A stretch of 64,000 bases of DNA. Source: Alphaproteobacteria bacterium (lineage in GTDB: Bacteria > Pseudomonadota > Alphaproteobacteria > Rs-D84). The position numbers and the translations under genes are program-made. Shown piece after piece: positions 17,356 to 25,672 of this stretch; the first letter of the stretch is position 1; every line of letters begins with the position of its first letter. Under the pieces are notes generated by a model. The model worked only from the letters and a program-made list of their open reading frames with translations, had not been told where the DNA came from and made no database searches. The stretch spans positions 29,493 to 93,492 of the forward strand of contig JAFVOS010000005.1 of assembly GCA_017505705.1 (NCBI GenBank), read 5' to 3'.

Positions 17356-18741
17356 ATGACACGCTTTATACTGACAGACGAGATTTTTTATCATGGTACC
17401 CGGGCAAAATTTAATCAATTTAGGCCCCTGTCCCACTTTGGCACCGCCGAAGCGGCAGATACTATACTGGATTCGATTCCAACTGTAAAAAAAGAAAAAC
17501 TCAATGGTATGGACGATTTAAAAAGTACATCTCAACCAACAGCACCGTTGTCAGAAATAGGCGACAGAAAAATTATTCCGGTACGACTGAATCTGCACAA
17601 CACGTATGAAATGCAAGACATTGCCGCATGTCATGATTTGGATACATACAAATCATTTACCGCATATCATATTGCACACGATTTAAAACTGGGGTTTATC
17701 CCACACTTTTTTGACTATATTTTTAACGAACCATTCGAATTGAGTCATGAAGAAATTACCAAGGAACTGGCGTCTGACAACCTGTATGCACCTGCGTCCA
17801 GCAGAGAAAACAGATACCATCTGGCGTTCCAACGAATGATTCAATATTTTGAATCTATTGGATATGACGGATTTCATTATGTAAATCAATATGAAGACCC
17901 AGGCCATATATCATATATCGTATTTCGTCCTGAAAATGTAATTAGACAGGATATGCAGAGCACAGAAACACGCACCCCCGGCACCAGAACATATAAGCCA
18001 GCAGAAATATTGCCTGCACATGATATGTCGCACAATCACAAACGTGCACTGATGTTGGAAGAATCACACCACAATCAACTGTTTACACAAAAAATTAATC
18101 GACACAAAAATCAAACCGACCCAGAACACGCCGCAAAAACAAAAGTATATTACACGAAAGTATTCTATCAGGATATTTTGCCCAAAATAAAAAAGATATC
18201 TAAACAGCCTGAATTTGGATATCATGGTTTAACACACACCGAACAAACTGTTTTATATGGACTGGATTTAGCGATAACATGTGCGTACGACCCGATGCCA
18301 GTGATGTTGGCATGTGCACTGCACGACATACGTCGCACAAACAGTGCACAATCCGATGACCATGCACGCAAGGCCGTACCTTTTGCCCGCAAGTTTTTAT
18401 ATGAAAACTATCCTATGCTTCCATGCGCAACAGTCGAAGAAATTATAAATGCAATTAAAAATCATTCCGATGGTAAAATCGCCAAGGATTTAACAGCGGC
18501 ATGTATGTGGGATGCAGATCGTATACGTTTATCGTGGGATGGTATATATCGACCAGAATATTTTACAACCCTGACAGGTCAATATATAGCCGACCTGCCC
18601 CCACTGGCCAAAGAGGCATATATAAAACGCCAAAATAACATGCTGATTGAAAACAATATCAAGACCCCAGAACAAATTGCGTACGAACAAACAATGAACA
18701 AATTGGCCATTCAGCGTGAATTTGACATAAAATATCGATAA
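17356..18741 (+). CDS. fusion protein: N-terminal domain with a YHGT (diphtheria-toxin/PARP-like ADP-ribosyltransferase-like) motif plus a C-terminal HD-domain phosphohydrolase
   Basis: The C-terminal part carries the HD motif pattern H…H…HD…D (GYHGLTHTEQTV…ACALHDIRR…WDADRI). The N-terminal part begins TRFILTDEIFYHGTRAKFNQF…HFGTAEAA, reminiscent of H-Y-E clade ART catalytic starts. The ORF-track start at 17329 lies inside the promoter, so the start was moved to ATG 17356. Confidence 0.55.
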   Translation: MTRFILTDEIFYHGTRAKFNQFRPLSHFGTAEAADTILDSIPTVKKEKLNGMDDLKSTSQPTAPLSEIGDRKIIPVRLNLHNTYEMQDIAACHDLDTYKSFTAYHIAHDLKLGFIPHFFDYIFNEPFELSHEEITKELASDNLYAPASSRENRYHLAFQRMIQYFESIGYDGFHYVNQYEDPGHISYIVFRPENVIRQDMQSTETRTPGTRTYKPAEILPAHDMSHNHKRALMLEESHHNQLFTQKINRHKNQTDPEHAAKTKVYYTKVFYQDILPKIKKISKQPEFGYHGLTHTEQTVLYGLDLAITCAYDPMPVMLACALHDIRRTNSAQSDDHARKAVPFARKFLYENYPMLPCATVEEIINAIKNHSDGKIAKDLTAACMWDADRIRLSWDGIYRPEYFTTLTGQYIADLPPLAKEAYIKRQNNMLIENNIKTPEQIAYEQTMNKLAIQREFDIKYR

Positions 18742-18796
18742 ACCTAATTTTATTTCTTGCAAAAAACGCAAAGATAGATATAATTCATGTCGCAAT

Positions 18797-18870
18797 TGGG
18801 GTGTCGTCTAATGGTAGGACAAGAGATTTTGGTTCTCTTTATCATGGTTCGAATCCGTGCGCCCCAACCA
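18797..18870 (+). tRNA. trnQ: tRNA-Gln (anticodon TTG)
   Basis: TGGGGTGTCGTCTAATGGTAGGACAAGAGATTTTGGTTCTCTTTATCATGGTTCGAATCCGTGCGCCCCAACCA. Anticodon stem AGAGA/TCTCT with loop TTTTGGT. T-arm CATGG-TTCGAAT-CCGTG. CCA encoded. Followed by a terminator. Confidence 0.85.
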
Positions 18871-18877
18871 ATATTCA

Positions 18878-18900
18878 AACGCACCCTTGTGGTGCGTTTT
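18878..18900 (+). terminator. rho-independent terminator after tRNA-Gln
   Basis: CGCACC-cttgt-GGTGCG hairpin followed by TTTT. Confidence 0.75.
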
Positions 18901-19286
18901 AATATTGGCTTTGTTACGCCCGTTTGATTTGAAACATCGTCCGCCTTTGGCGTGACAGGTTCGACTATGAGTAAGCGAAAACAAGCCTTGCGTAGTTTGA
19001 GCGCTAACGAATGCGGCGCAGTGTCGGCTCAGCTGACCGAGCCAATCCGTGCGCAATTTTTTCAGTTCGAAAGTTAAATTTCCATTTTTTATCTCTTCGA
19101 ATACACTTTCGAACCGTTTATATCATGTAAACAAACATTCGAACCAACAACAATCTTATAAAACTAATGAGAATCTGCTCTAACTGGTCTTTTTATTCAA
19201 AGTGGTTGGGGTGTGCGGGCGAAATAAAATAATATTTACAATTTTGTTTTATTATTTTACACTAATTTCGGTGACAGGAGCAGGAT

Positions 19287-19973
19287 ATGGATGCTATCAA
19301 AAATATAAAAAAAGCATTTTTAAATTTGAAAAATAAAAATCGTTTTTTTGTGTCAGAGGCGGACTTTCAACATTCTTTTGCAATGGAGTTAGAAAAAATT
19401 TTTAATGGTACCGCAACCATTTTACTCGAGTTTCCAATAGAGCAAAATGGTCGTATAATTTATACTGATATTATGCTGGTTTATAAACAATATCTATACC
19501 CAATTGAACTGAAATATAAGACCAAAATTATTCCGTCAGAACAATTATACGGATTTACTAGTTTGCCAATAAAAAAGATATTAAAAAACCACAATGCCGT
19601 AGATATAAACGGCTATAATTTTTGGAAAGATATAAATCGCATAGAACAACTAGTAGAAAACAATCAAGTTGTTTCTGGGGTATGCATTATGATAACTAAC
19701 GATAAGTTTTATTGGACTGGGAATTGGAAAAATAATTCAAAGGGTTATCCTTTTAGAACTGTGCAAGGGAAATACCTTTATGGCAATTTAAAATGGCAAC
19801 ATAACGATTTAAACCATATTCCGAAATGGATTAAACAACATCCTGGTTTTGAAATAAAAAATGATTATGAATTCCTGTGGTGTAACTTTTGCGACACCGG
19901 TGATAAAAACGGTTTGTTCAAATCGTTGTTTATAGAAATCCCACAAAAAACGGATAGTAAACATGTCAAATGA
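19287..19973 (+). CDS. PD-(D/E)xK nuclease-like protein (islet gene 1 of 3)
   Basis: 228 aa with RBS AGGAGCAGG. Motif arrangement E (…SEADFQHSFAMELEKI…), then D (RIIYTDIMLV), then 12 residues to ExK (PIELKYK). This is the canonical restriction-endonuclease-fold catalytic pattern. Confidence 0.55.
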   Translation: MDAIKNIKKAFLNLKNKNRFFVSEADFQHSFAMELEKIFNGTATILLEFPIEQNGRIIYTDIMLVYKQYLYPIELKYKTKIIPSEQLYGFTSLPIKKILKNHNAVDINGYNFWKDINRIEQLVENNQVVSGVCIMITNDKFYWTGNWKNNSKGYPFRTVQGKYLYGNLKWQHNDLNHIPKWIKQHPGFEIKNDYEFLWCNFCDTGDKNGLFKSLFIEIPQKTDSKHVK

Positions 19974-20496
19974 TTATAAAGTATCACGAATTGGCAATGA
20001 AAAATCGCCTAAACTTGTAATTTTGTTATGTAATCCTGGTGGCAACCCAAAGTATTACAAACGCTTGGCAGAATACCCTATGGATAAGGATGGTTTTTAT
20101 AAACCAACTGGGATGAATTTACATATTTATCGTGAATATTGTGAATGGTGGGACAATATTTTGAAAAAGACGGATAAATTCGGGATAAAAGATACTGATA
20201 TTTTAGCGTTGGAATATTATCCATATCACACCAAACGCTCGAACGACAGCAAACATTGGAATTGGGATGATTTTGCACAAAAATCATTATCAAAAAATAA
20301 AGAATTATTATTAAAGCACATTGCCAATGGTGTTCCGGTATTTGGATATTACTATGGTTTTTGGTTAAATGATAAAGATGTTGGCGAACAATTATCAAAA
20401 TTAAATAAAAAACAATTTTGCAAAAGTTGTAATGGACTAGGGCAATCGTTAAAATTAAAAGATTTAGAAACCTGGCTGCAAACAATAACAGATTAA
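19963..20496 (+). CDS. hypothetical protein (islet gene 2 of 3), possible UDG-superfamily-like fold
   Basis: 177 aa. Its start overlaps the gene-1 stop by 11 nt, suggesting translational coupling. Motifs LLCNPGGN and EYYPYHTKRS loosely resemble motif A (G-x-N-P-G) and motif B of uracil-DNA-glycosylase-like enzymes. The match is weak. Confidence 0.4.
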   Translation: MSNDYKVSRIGNEKSPKLVILLCNPGGNPKYYKRLAEYPMDKDGFYKPTGMNLHIYREYCEWWDNILKKTDKFGIKDTDILALEYYPYHTKRSNDSKHWNWDDFAQKSLSKNKELLLKHIANGVPVFGYYYGFWLNDKDVGEQLSKLNKKQFCKSCNGLGQSLKLKDLETWLQTITD

Positions 20497-20498
20497 AA

Positions 20499-21137
20499 AT
20501 GCAAAAGACGAAAAAATCTTTATCAACATATATAATGGATGAAAATCATTTCAAAGATTTTGAATATGAATTTGATTACTGTATTATTCGCAAAGAAAAG
20601 GATTTTGATTATTTAGGTGGGACATTAACAAGTGCTTTGGCTGAATTTATAACTTTTAATGATAATGAAAGTTTAGCATATTTTCTTGCTCTGTTATTAC
20701 AATCAAAAATATTGCTTCCAATTTATATTTGCCCGCCAGGTAAAAATGATGAATATATTATAAAATTACCAGATTGTGAAAATGACAGTTATTTATATAT
20801 GAAAGATTCTAATATTATTCCACAAATAAAAACAGCCGATAATATCAGGTTTTTTAACGCGTTTTTATCTGTTCGTGAAATACATACAGTTGCATATAAT
20901 CATATGTTTTTATATATAGATTTTGAAACGGTATATAAATGGATAAAAAAACATCGCACAGAAATCGATACAATCGCATTTGATCCATTTGCAAAATATG
21001 ACTATGCTTGGTATATCAATGTCGATGACTTTATAAAACAAATTGAATTATTTAAAAAATTTATAAAAAATTATAAAGGCAAAAATATTATTTCAGATTT
21101 ACACACAATATCACTGCAAAAACACATGCGCAAATAG
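20499..21137 (+). CDS. hypothetical protein (islet gene 3 of 3)
   Basis: 212 aa, beginning 2 nt after the gene-2 stop. Acidic and aromatic-rich. No family recognised. Confidence 0.4.
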   Translation: MQKTKKSLSTYIMDENHFKDFEYEFDYCIIRKEKDFDYLGGTLTSALAEFITFNDNESLAYFLALLLQSKILLPIYICPPGKNDEYIIKLPDCENDSYLYMKDSNIIPQIKTADNIRFFNAFLSVREIHTVAYNHMFLYIDFETVYKWIKKHRTEIDTIAFDPFAKYDYAWYINVDDFIKQIELFKKFIKNYKGKNIISDLHTISLQKHMRK

Positions 21138-21322
21138 CCCGAATCTCGCTTGCCGACCCCAACCAGAAATTAAATCGCCCTTGTGGCGGTTTTATTTTTG
21201 GTCAGAGCCACTGTTCGTAATCTGCAACGTATGTTGCCGGTTCCACAATGAGTAGATTTGATAAGTGAAACGCTATCAAATCGTCAGGAATGCCCCGCAG
21301 GCATTTATGCCGAGGGAATTGA

Positions 21323-21338
21323 GTGCGCCCCAACCAAT
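21323..21338 (+). repeat. attR-like direct repeat of the tRNA-Gln 3' end (GTGCGCCCCAACCAAT)
   Basis: Exact 16-mer match to 18857-18872. Confidence 0.6.
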
Positions 21339-21517
21339 GAATTTTTGTTAGAAATCCGGCGCTTTTGTCGGATTTTTTAATGTTTTTTCCTTTACAACAA
21401 CTGATTTATTGAAAAATCTGGAGCCGAAAAGACGTCAAACAAAATTATTGAAATAATTTACGATTTGTGATATAATAACAAGTATGTCAGCGGACGTATA
21501 TGTCGGCTGTTTTTATT

Positions 21518-21546
21518 TGCTCTCGCTTTTTGCGAGAGCTTTTTTT
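21518..21546 (+). terminator. rho-independent terminator-like hairpin immediately upstream of the tail-fibre-like gene
   Basis: GCTCTCGC-ttttt-GCGAGAGC followed by TTTTTTT. It lies inside the ORF-track version of the downstream gene, which is why that start was moved. Confidence 0.6.
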
Positions 21547-21567
21547 GTTATAACAAAAGGAGTTTTA

Positions 21568-23034
21568 ATGCAGAAAGTATCATATATGGGAAACGGTTTA
21601 ACAACCGAATTTACTTTTAATTTTCCCTATTTTGAAAATACAAATATCGTTGTCACTAAAAATGGTACAACAGCAACTGGATACAGCATCGTCGGAACAT
21701 CTGCTGGTTCAAATGCAGATATTCCATATACTGGTGGCAAAGTGGTATTTGAAATTGCGCCAACCAGTTTGGACAATATAACTATCGCACGCAGTTTGCC
21801 CTTGGTGCGTGTTGTAGACTATCAACCAACCGCTAAAATAACACCAATGCTTTTGAATCAAGACGCCAATTATCTGATGGAAGTATTGAAAGATATGCAA
21901 GATAAAATGGACACATTTTATGCAAAATACGAAGATATTGTAAACAAAGACGATATTCAAAATGTGTTATCCAAAATTTCGTATATCAGCCAGCAGCTAA
22001 GCAACGACAATATTATGATGAAGGATGATTTTTATTCACATATCACAAATTGTTTAACCCAAATTCCACAAAACATACACTTTGAATTAAACGATGGCAC
22101 ATTAACATTAAAAGCAGGTTCAAAAATATATGTCCCAAATGGCGTCGGAATATTTGATACAGTTACGATTGCAAATGATATCACCGCAACAAGAACAGAT
22201 AGTCAAAAATGTATGGTGTGGTATAGCCGTTATGAAAACATCATCAGAGTGTTTCCAATAAGCTTATTCTACTCTGGTGATACCGAACCTTCGCAATACT
22301 CATACATGTTCTGGTATGATACATTTAATAATAAATGTAAGATTACAAATAATAGTGGGACAACTTGGGGAGAAGGAATGTCTTTCCCATTGGCTCTTGT
22401 GTCCACAGACGGAACACAAATTTCAGCAATAGACCAAGTGTTTAACGGTTTTGGCTATATAGCACAAACTTTGTTTGTTCTACCCGGGGTTAAGGGATTA
22501 ATTCCAAATGGTAGAAATACTGATGGCACACTAAAAAGCACTTCTTTTTGTGTAGACTCAGTATTAACAACGCTCTTAACCACCGCAACGGCAAATAGCC
22601 CGCTGCTTTTAAAGTCGAATGCTGTTCAAGTTCTAGATTGCTCTTATAACGAAGCAACCAATTATAATTCAAATCCAGCCTATGCGATTGTTGGGGCAGT
22701 TACAACATCTTCCTCCCTAATAACATCTCTTAGACCTAAAGTGAATTTTCAGCTTCTTGACAGGAACGACAAGTTGACAACTATGCCAGATTATACAGCA
22801 GGCGTAAGCGTTTCAACTGGATATGTCACCGAATATCCCTGTTTTGTTCATGTTCGCCCAATTTGGAATGGAAATGTCTCTGATTTAACATCCCCATTTT
22901 CACAATCATTGGCTAAGAACACTTATGATAATTCGACTAAATTTGAAAATTCAGTATGTTTTATCTGTGATATTGGTGAAACAATCAGTTTCACAAATGC
23001 TACTTGTTATGTCTATCCATTAAAAGGAGTTTAA
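21568..23034 (+). CDS. phage tail-fibre-like / receptor-binding-like protein
   Basis: 488 aa from ATG 21568 with RBS AAAGGAG. The N-terminus MQKVSYMGNGLTTEFTFNFPYFENTNIVVTKNG resembles conserved N-terminal domains of phage tail fibre proteins. The rest is Ser/Thr/Asn-rich and beta-rich. It is followed by a small coupled gene. Confidence 0.4.
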   Translation: MQKVSYMGNGLTTEFTFNFPYFENTNIVVTKNGTTATGYSIVGTSAGSNADIPYTGGKVVFEIAPTSLDNITIARSLPLVRVVDYQPTAKITPMLLNQDANYLMEVLKDMQDKMDTFYAKYEDIVNKDDIQNVLSKISYISQQLSNDNIMMKDDFYSHITNCLTQIPQNIHFELNDGTLTLKAGSKIYVPNGVGIFDTVTIANDITATRTDSQKCMVWYSRYENIIRVFPISLFYSGDTEPSQYSYMFWYDTFNNKCKITNNSGTTWGEGMSFPLALVSTDGTQISAIDQVFNGFGYIAQTLFVLPGVKGLIPNGRNTDGTLKSTSFCVDSVLTTLLTTATANSPLLLKSNAVQVLDCSYNEATNYNSNPAYAIVGAVTTSSSLITSLRPKVNFQLLDRNDKLTTMPDYTAGVSVSTGYVTEYPCFVHVRPIWNGNVSDLTSPFSQSLAKNTYDNSTKFENSVCFICDIGETISFTNATCYVYPLKGV

Positions 23035-23035
23035 T

Positions 23036-23341
23036 ATGAAAAAATACGCAAGAATAGTTAACGAAGAAACGAAAGAGTGTTCTGTTGGTTTGGGTAAAAA
23101 CGTCAATTTTTATAAATCTGTTGGGTTGCAAGAAATGGACGTGGAATTGTCTTATGACGGCAGATGGTATGTTTTGGGGTTTGCCCCTGAAAAACCCGAG
23201 TCCACTTATGCAGAAAAACGTTTAAACCAATATCCACACATTGCTGATCAACTAGATATGATTTATTGGGATAAGATGAACGGAACAAATTTATGGCAAG
23301 AAAAAATTAGCGAAATTAAAAGTAAATATCCTAAAAATTAA
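23036..23341 (+). CDS. small protein coupled to the tail-fibre-like gene (possible tail fibre assembly chaperone)
   Basis: 101 aa. Starts 1 nt after the upstream stop. Ends at a bidirectional terminator. Confidence 0.35.
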   Translation: MKKYARIVNEETKECSVGLGKNVNFYKSVGLQEMDVELSYDGRWYVLGFAPEKPESTYAEKRLNQYPHIADQLDMIYWDKMNGTNLWQEKISEIKSKYPKN

Positions 23342-23344
23342 AAA

Positions 23345-23375
23345 AGAAGCCCGTCTTTTACGACGGGCTTTTTCA
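23345..23375. terminator. bidirectional rho-independent terminator
   Basis: AGCCCGTC-tttta-GACGGGCT followed by TTTT. Lies between convergent genes. Confidence 0.75.
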
Positions 23376-23398
23376 TATTGCCTTAGATAATTGCAACA

Positions 23399-24589
23399 TC
23401 AAAGTTTAACATACGACTTCTTTTTGGTATAAAACTTCAACAACCATTTTACAAAATAGTCAGCAACAAGAGAGGCTAACAGACAAATTGCGATACTGAC
23501 GAATAAAACATTCAAATCTCCTTTTAAAAATGGTTTTTGCCATATATACTCATTCATAACAGCAATCATTGGGAAATGCATCAAATAAATTGGATATGAT
23601 AAATCACCTAGCCAAGCACTAAATTTATTATTTAGAAATCTGGAAAAGAAGCCTTCTTCAAACAAGAACGAGACAAAAATAATAATAAACAATATTTCCC
23701 AGAAAATAAATTCGCCAGCAGGTTTATGAAAAGACATATGATATACAAAAAAGAATAACGCTGCTATTTCAAACAAACCAAAAAGAAATTTCTTTTTCTT
23801 TGATACAATTCGTTTTGTTTCAAGTTTACGTTTTAAAAAAGCCCCTATCAATATTCCCAAACTTATTCCAGCTAATCCTTCTATCATACCATTAATCATA
23901 AATGGCATAGAAGCAATTGGTGCGGCCTTATAAAGAGTAGTTGAACCAGTGCCACGCACGATAAAACCGAACAAGGCAATAATTCCACAGACAAAAGCTA
24001 CTTTTTCCCACCTAAAATGACGTAGCGCATAGAAAAAGAATAAAGAGAGAACAAACAGCACACAAACATACCACGATGCAGCATTTTGAGACGTTTCTTG
24101 CATTAATCCCGCAGCATTCGTAACAAAAAACAGATTTAATGTATCAGGATATACCCTATAGGTGCCAATCAGAATATAAGGGATATATGAAAAAGCGAGT
24201 ATTGGCCACAGACGCAAAATACGTCGTTTGGCAAAAGCTTCTAAATCGTATTTCTTGAATCCTTCGCTATGATACAGAAAAAAGCCACTCATTATAAAAA
24301 AACTGAATACAATGAGCAATCCTGAATAACTGCTCATAACTTGCAATGAAGAAAATAGAGTCGACTCTTTATATTTGATCGTCAAAAAGGCCAAAAGATG
24401 TCCATACATAATCATAAGTGCAAACAGAAAACGTATAAAATCTATTTGATAAAAACGTTTTTTATGTTCTACACTCTGCGTATCATCACACGCTGTAGTA
24501 TCTGTTGATGCAGATGTGCTAATACCTGTGCCTGCGCACTCGTTTACATGTGCGGGGGGACAACATGTTGTTATTACTGTTTTTTTCAT
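23399..24589 (-). CDS. acyltransferase family 3 (OafA/OatA-like) integral membrane O-acyltransferase
   Basis: 396 aa, polytopic, with the motif RFYQIDFIRFLFALMIMYGH typical of the Acyl_transf_3 N-terminal region. Precedes the polysaccharide cluster. Confidence 0.7.
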   Translation of the reverse strand: MKKTVITTCCPPAHVNECAGTGISTSASTDTTACDDTQSVEHKKRFYQIDFIRFLFALMIMYGHLLAFLTIKYKESTLFSSLQVMSSYSGLLIVFSFFIMSGFFLYHSEGFKKYDLEAFAKRRILRLWPILAFSYIPYILIGTYRVYPDTLNLFFVTNAAGLMQETSQNAASWYVCVLFVLSLFFFYALRHFRWEKVAFVCGIIALFGFIVRGTGSTTLYKAAPIASMPFMINGMIEGLAGISLGILIGAFLKRKLETKRIVSKKKKFLFGLFEIAALFFFVYHMSFHKPAGEFIFWEILFIIIFVSFLFEEGFFSRFLNNKFSAWLGDLSYPIYLMHFPMIAVMNEYIWQKPFLKGDLNVLFVSIAICLLASLVADYFVKWLLKFYTKKKSYVKL

Positions 24590-24599
24590 GTTTTTCTCC

Positions 24600-25646
24600 T
24601 TATATTGCTTTAATTTTTACGGATTTGAACCCAATACCTAATTTTCTTGTATCATTACCAGCGTTTAAATCTTGGGGTGATACTGGATTTTTTATTATAA
24701 AATGCAACTTCAAAGAAATTCCTTTGATATTGCCTGCTGGAATATGTAATACCGTTTCTGGTTTTTCTTTACCAAAATCAAAATGCCAAGTTGCAATTTT
24801 TTTATCATTTAATAAAACATCAACATCTTGGGTTGGCCATTGTTCAGCAAGATATCCCTCAACATTGAAATCAACAACGACATCAGTATTAAAAGATAGT
24901 GGTAATTCTATAAAGACATCGTTTCCATTGCTCCACCGACCCCAGCCCTCTTTGACGGACAAGCCATAATTTTTGATATTATCGGTTGCAAAGTTATATT
25001 CTACTTCGCCATTGATAAATTCAGAAAAGATGCGTTTAAGAACCGCCCTATTTCCTAAATTGCCAGGCAAATCGTGATATAGCATAAGATAGATATGATC
25101 GTTAATTTTGAACCGACTAACGTCTGCCTGTTCACAATCAGCGCTATCTTGTACCAATAAAAAATCAATATCTTTATTTATAAATCGTGTTGTTAACAAA
25201 GACAAAGCCTGTTTTAATTCGTCTATTGATAAAAAATGCTTAATTCTTGTCACAAACACAAATAATATACGATCCCCAGTTTCAATATTTTCTATTAATC
25301 TTTTTGCACGTCTGGTTTGTTTTTCATAAAAAGAATCGTATTGCTTTTCAACACTTTCACCCCATTCAAAATCATGAAAATAATGCACGCCTGTCTTCGT
25401 ATTAATTACTCCACGATGCTCTTTATTTTCAGACCAGGTTTCTTTTAAATCTTGTAATTCAAACGCACCAGCAAAATCATTACAAATCATTTTTATTTTA
25501 CCAATAAAACCGCAATTGCCACATATATCTGTTTCTGCACCATTCCAATCAAACGGATAGCTTGCTTTACGAATGTCGCAATCACGCAAAGCCCCTGCTG
25601 TTGCACAAAATTCACCAAGCGGAATAACGACATCATATTTTTTCAT
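24600..25646 (-). CDS. DUF1796-like (putative papain-like cysteine peptidase fold) protein with a C-terminal beta-rich domain
   Basis: N-terminus MKKYDVVIPLGEFCATAGALRDCDIRKASYPFDW matches the DUF1796 signature (SLG..C…SYPFDW). Confidence 0.5.
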   Translation of the reverse strand: MKKYDVVIPLGEFCATAGALRDCDIRKASYPFDWNGAETDICGNCGFIGKIKMICNDFAGAFELQDLKETWSENKEHRGVINTKTGVHYFHDFEWGESVEKQYDSFYEKQTRRAKRLIENIETGDRILFVFVTRIKHFLSIDELKQALSLLTTRFINKDIDFLLVQDSADCEQADVSRFKINDHIYLMLYHDLPGNLGNRAVLKRIFSEFINGEVEYNFATDNIKNYGLSVKEGWGRWSNGNDVFIELPLSFNTDVVVDFNVEGYLAEQWPTQDVDVLLNDKKIATWHFDFGKEKPETVLHIPAGNIKGISLKLHFIIKNPVSPQDLNAGNDTRKLGIGFKSVKIKAI

Positions 25647-25672
25647 TTTTTCCCCTATGATTCATATATACA

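Larger units (their letters stand above)
18871..21342 (+). mobile_element. decayed tRNA-Gln-associated genomic islet (very AT-rich, no integrase) bounded by direct repeats of the tRNA 3' end
   Basis: The 16-mer GTGCGCCCCAACCAAT at 18857-18872 (the tRNA-Gln 3' end) recurs exactly at 21323-21338. A weaker copy CCCCAACCA plus a degenerate duplicate of the post-tRNA terminator lies at 21157-21194. The interior is markedly lower in GC than the flanks and carries a three-gene operon. Confidence 0.5.

Noticed and set aside
18808-19056. 82-aa minus-strand ORF
   Set aside because: It overlaps tRNA-Gln and its terminator and is a read-through artefact.
18940-19080. Possible two-piece alphaproteobacterial tmRNA (ssrA) next to tRNA-Gln
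   Set aside because: I could not find a canonical resume codon with a tag peptide ending in the usual hydrophobic C-terminus. No proper T-arm/acceptor pairing was found either. It is kept only as a low-interest ncRNA possibility.
21484-21567. Upstream extension of the tail-fibre-like gene to ATG 21484
   Set aside because: The extension would translate straight through a strong terminator hairpin. A good RBS and ATG lie at 21568.
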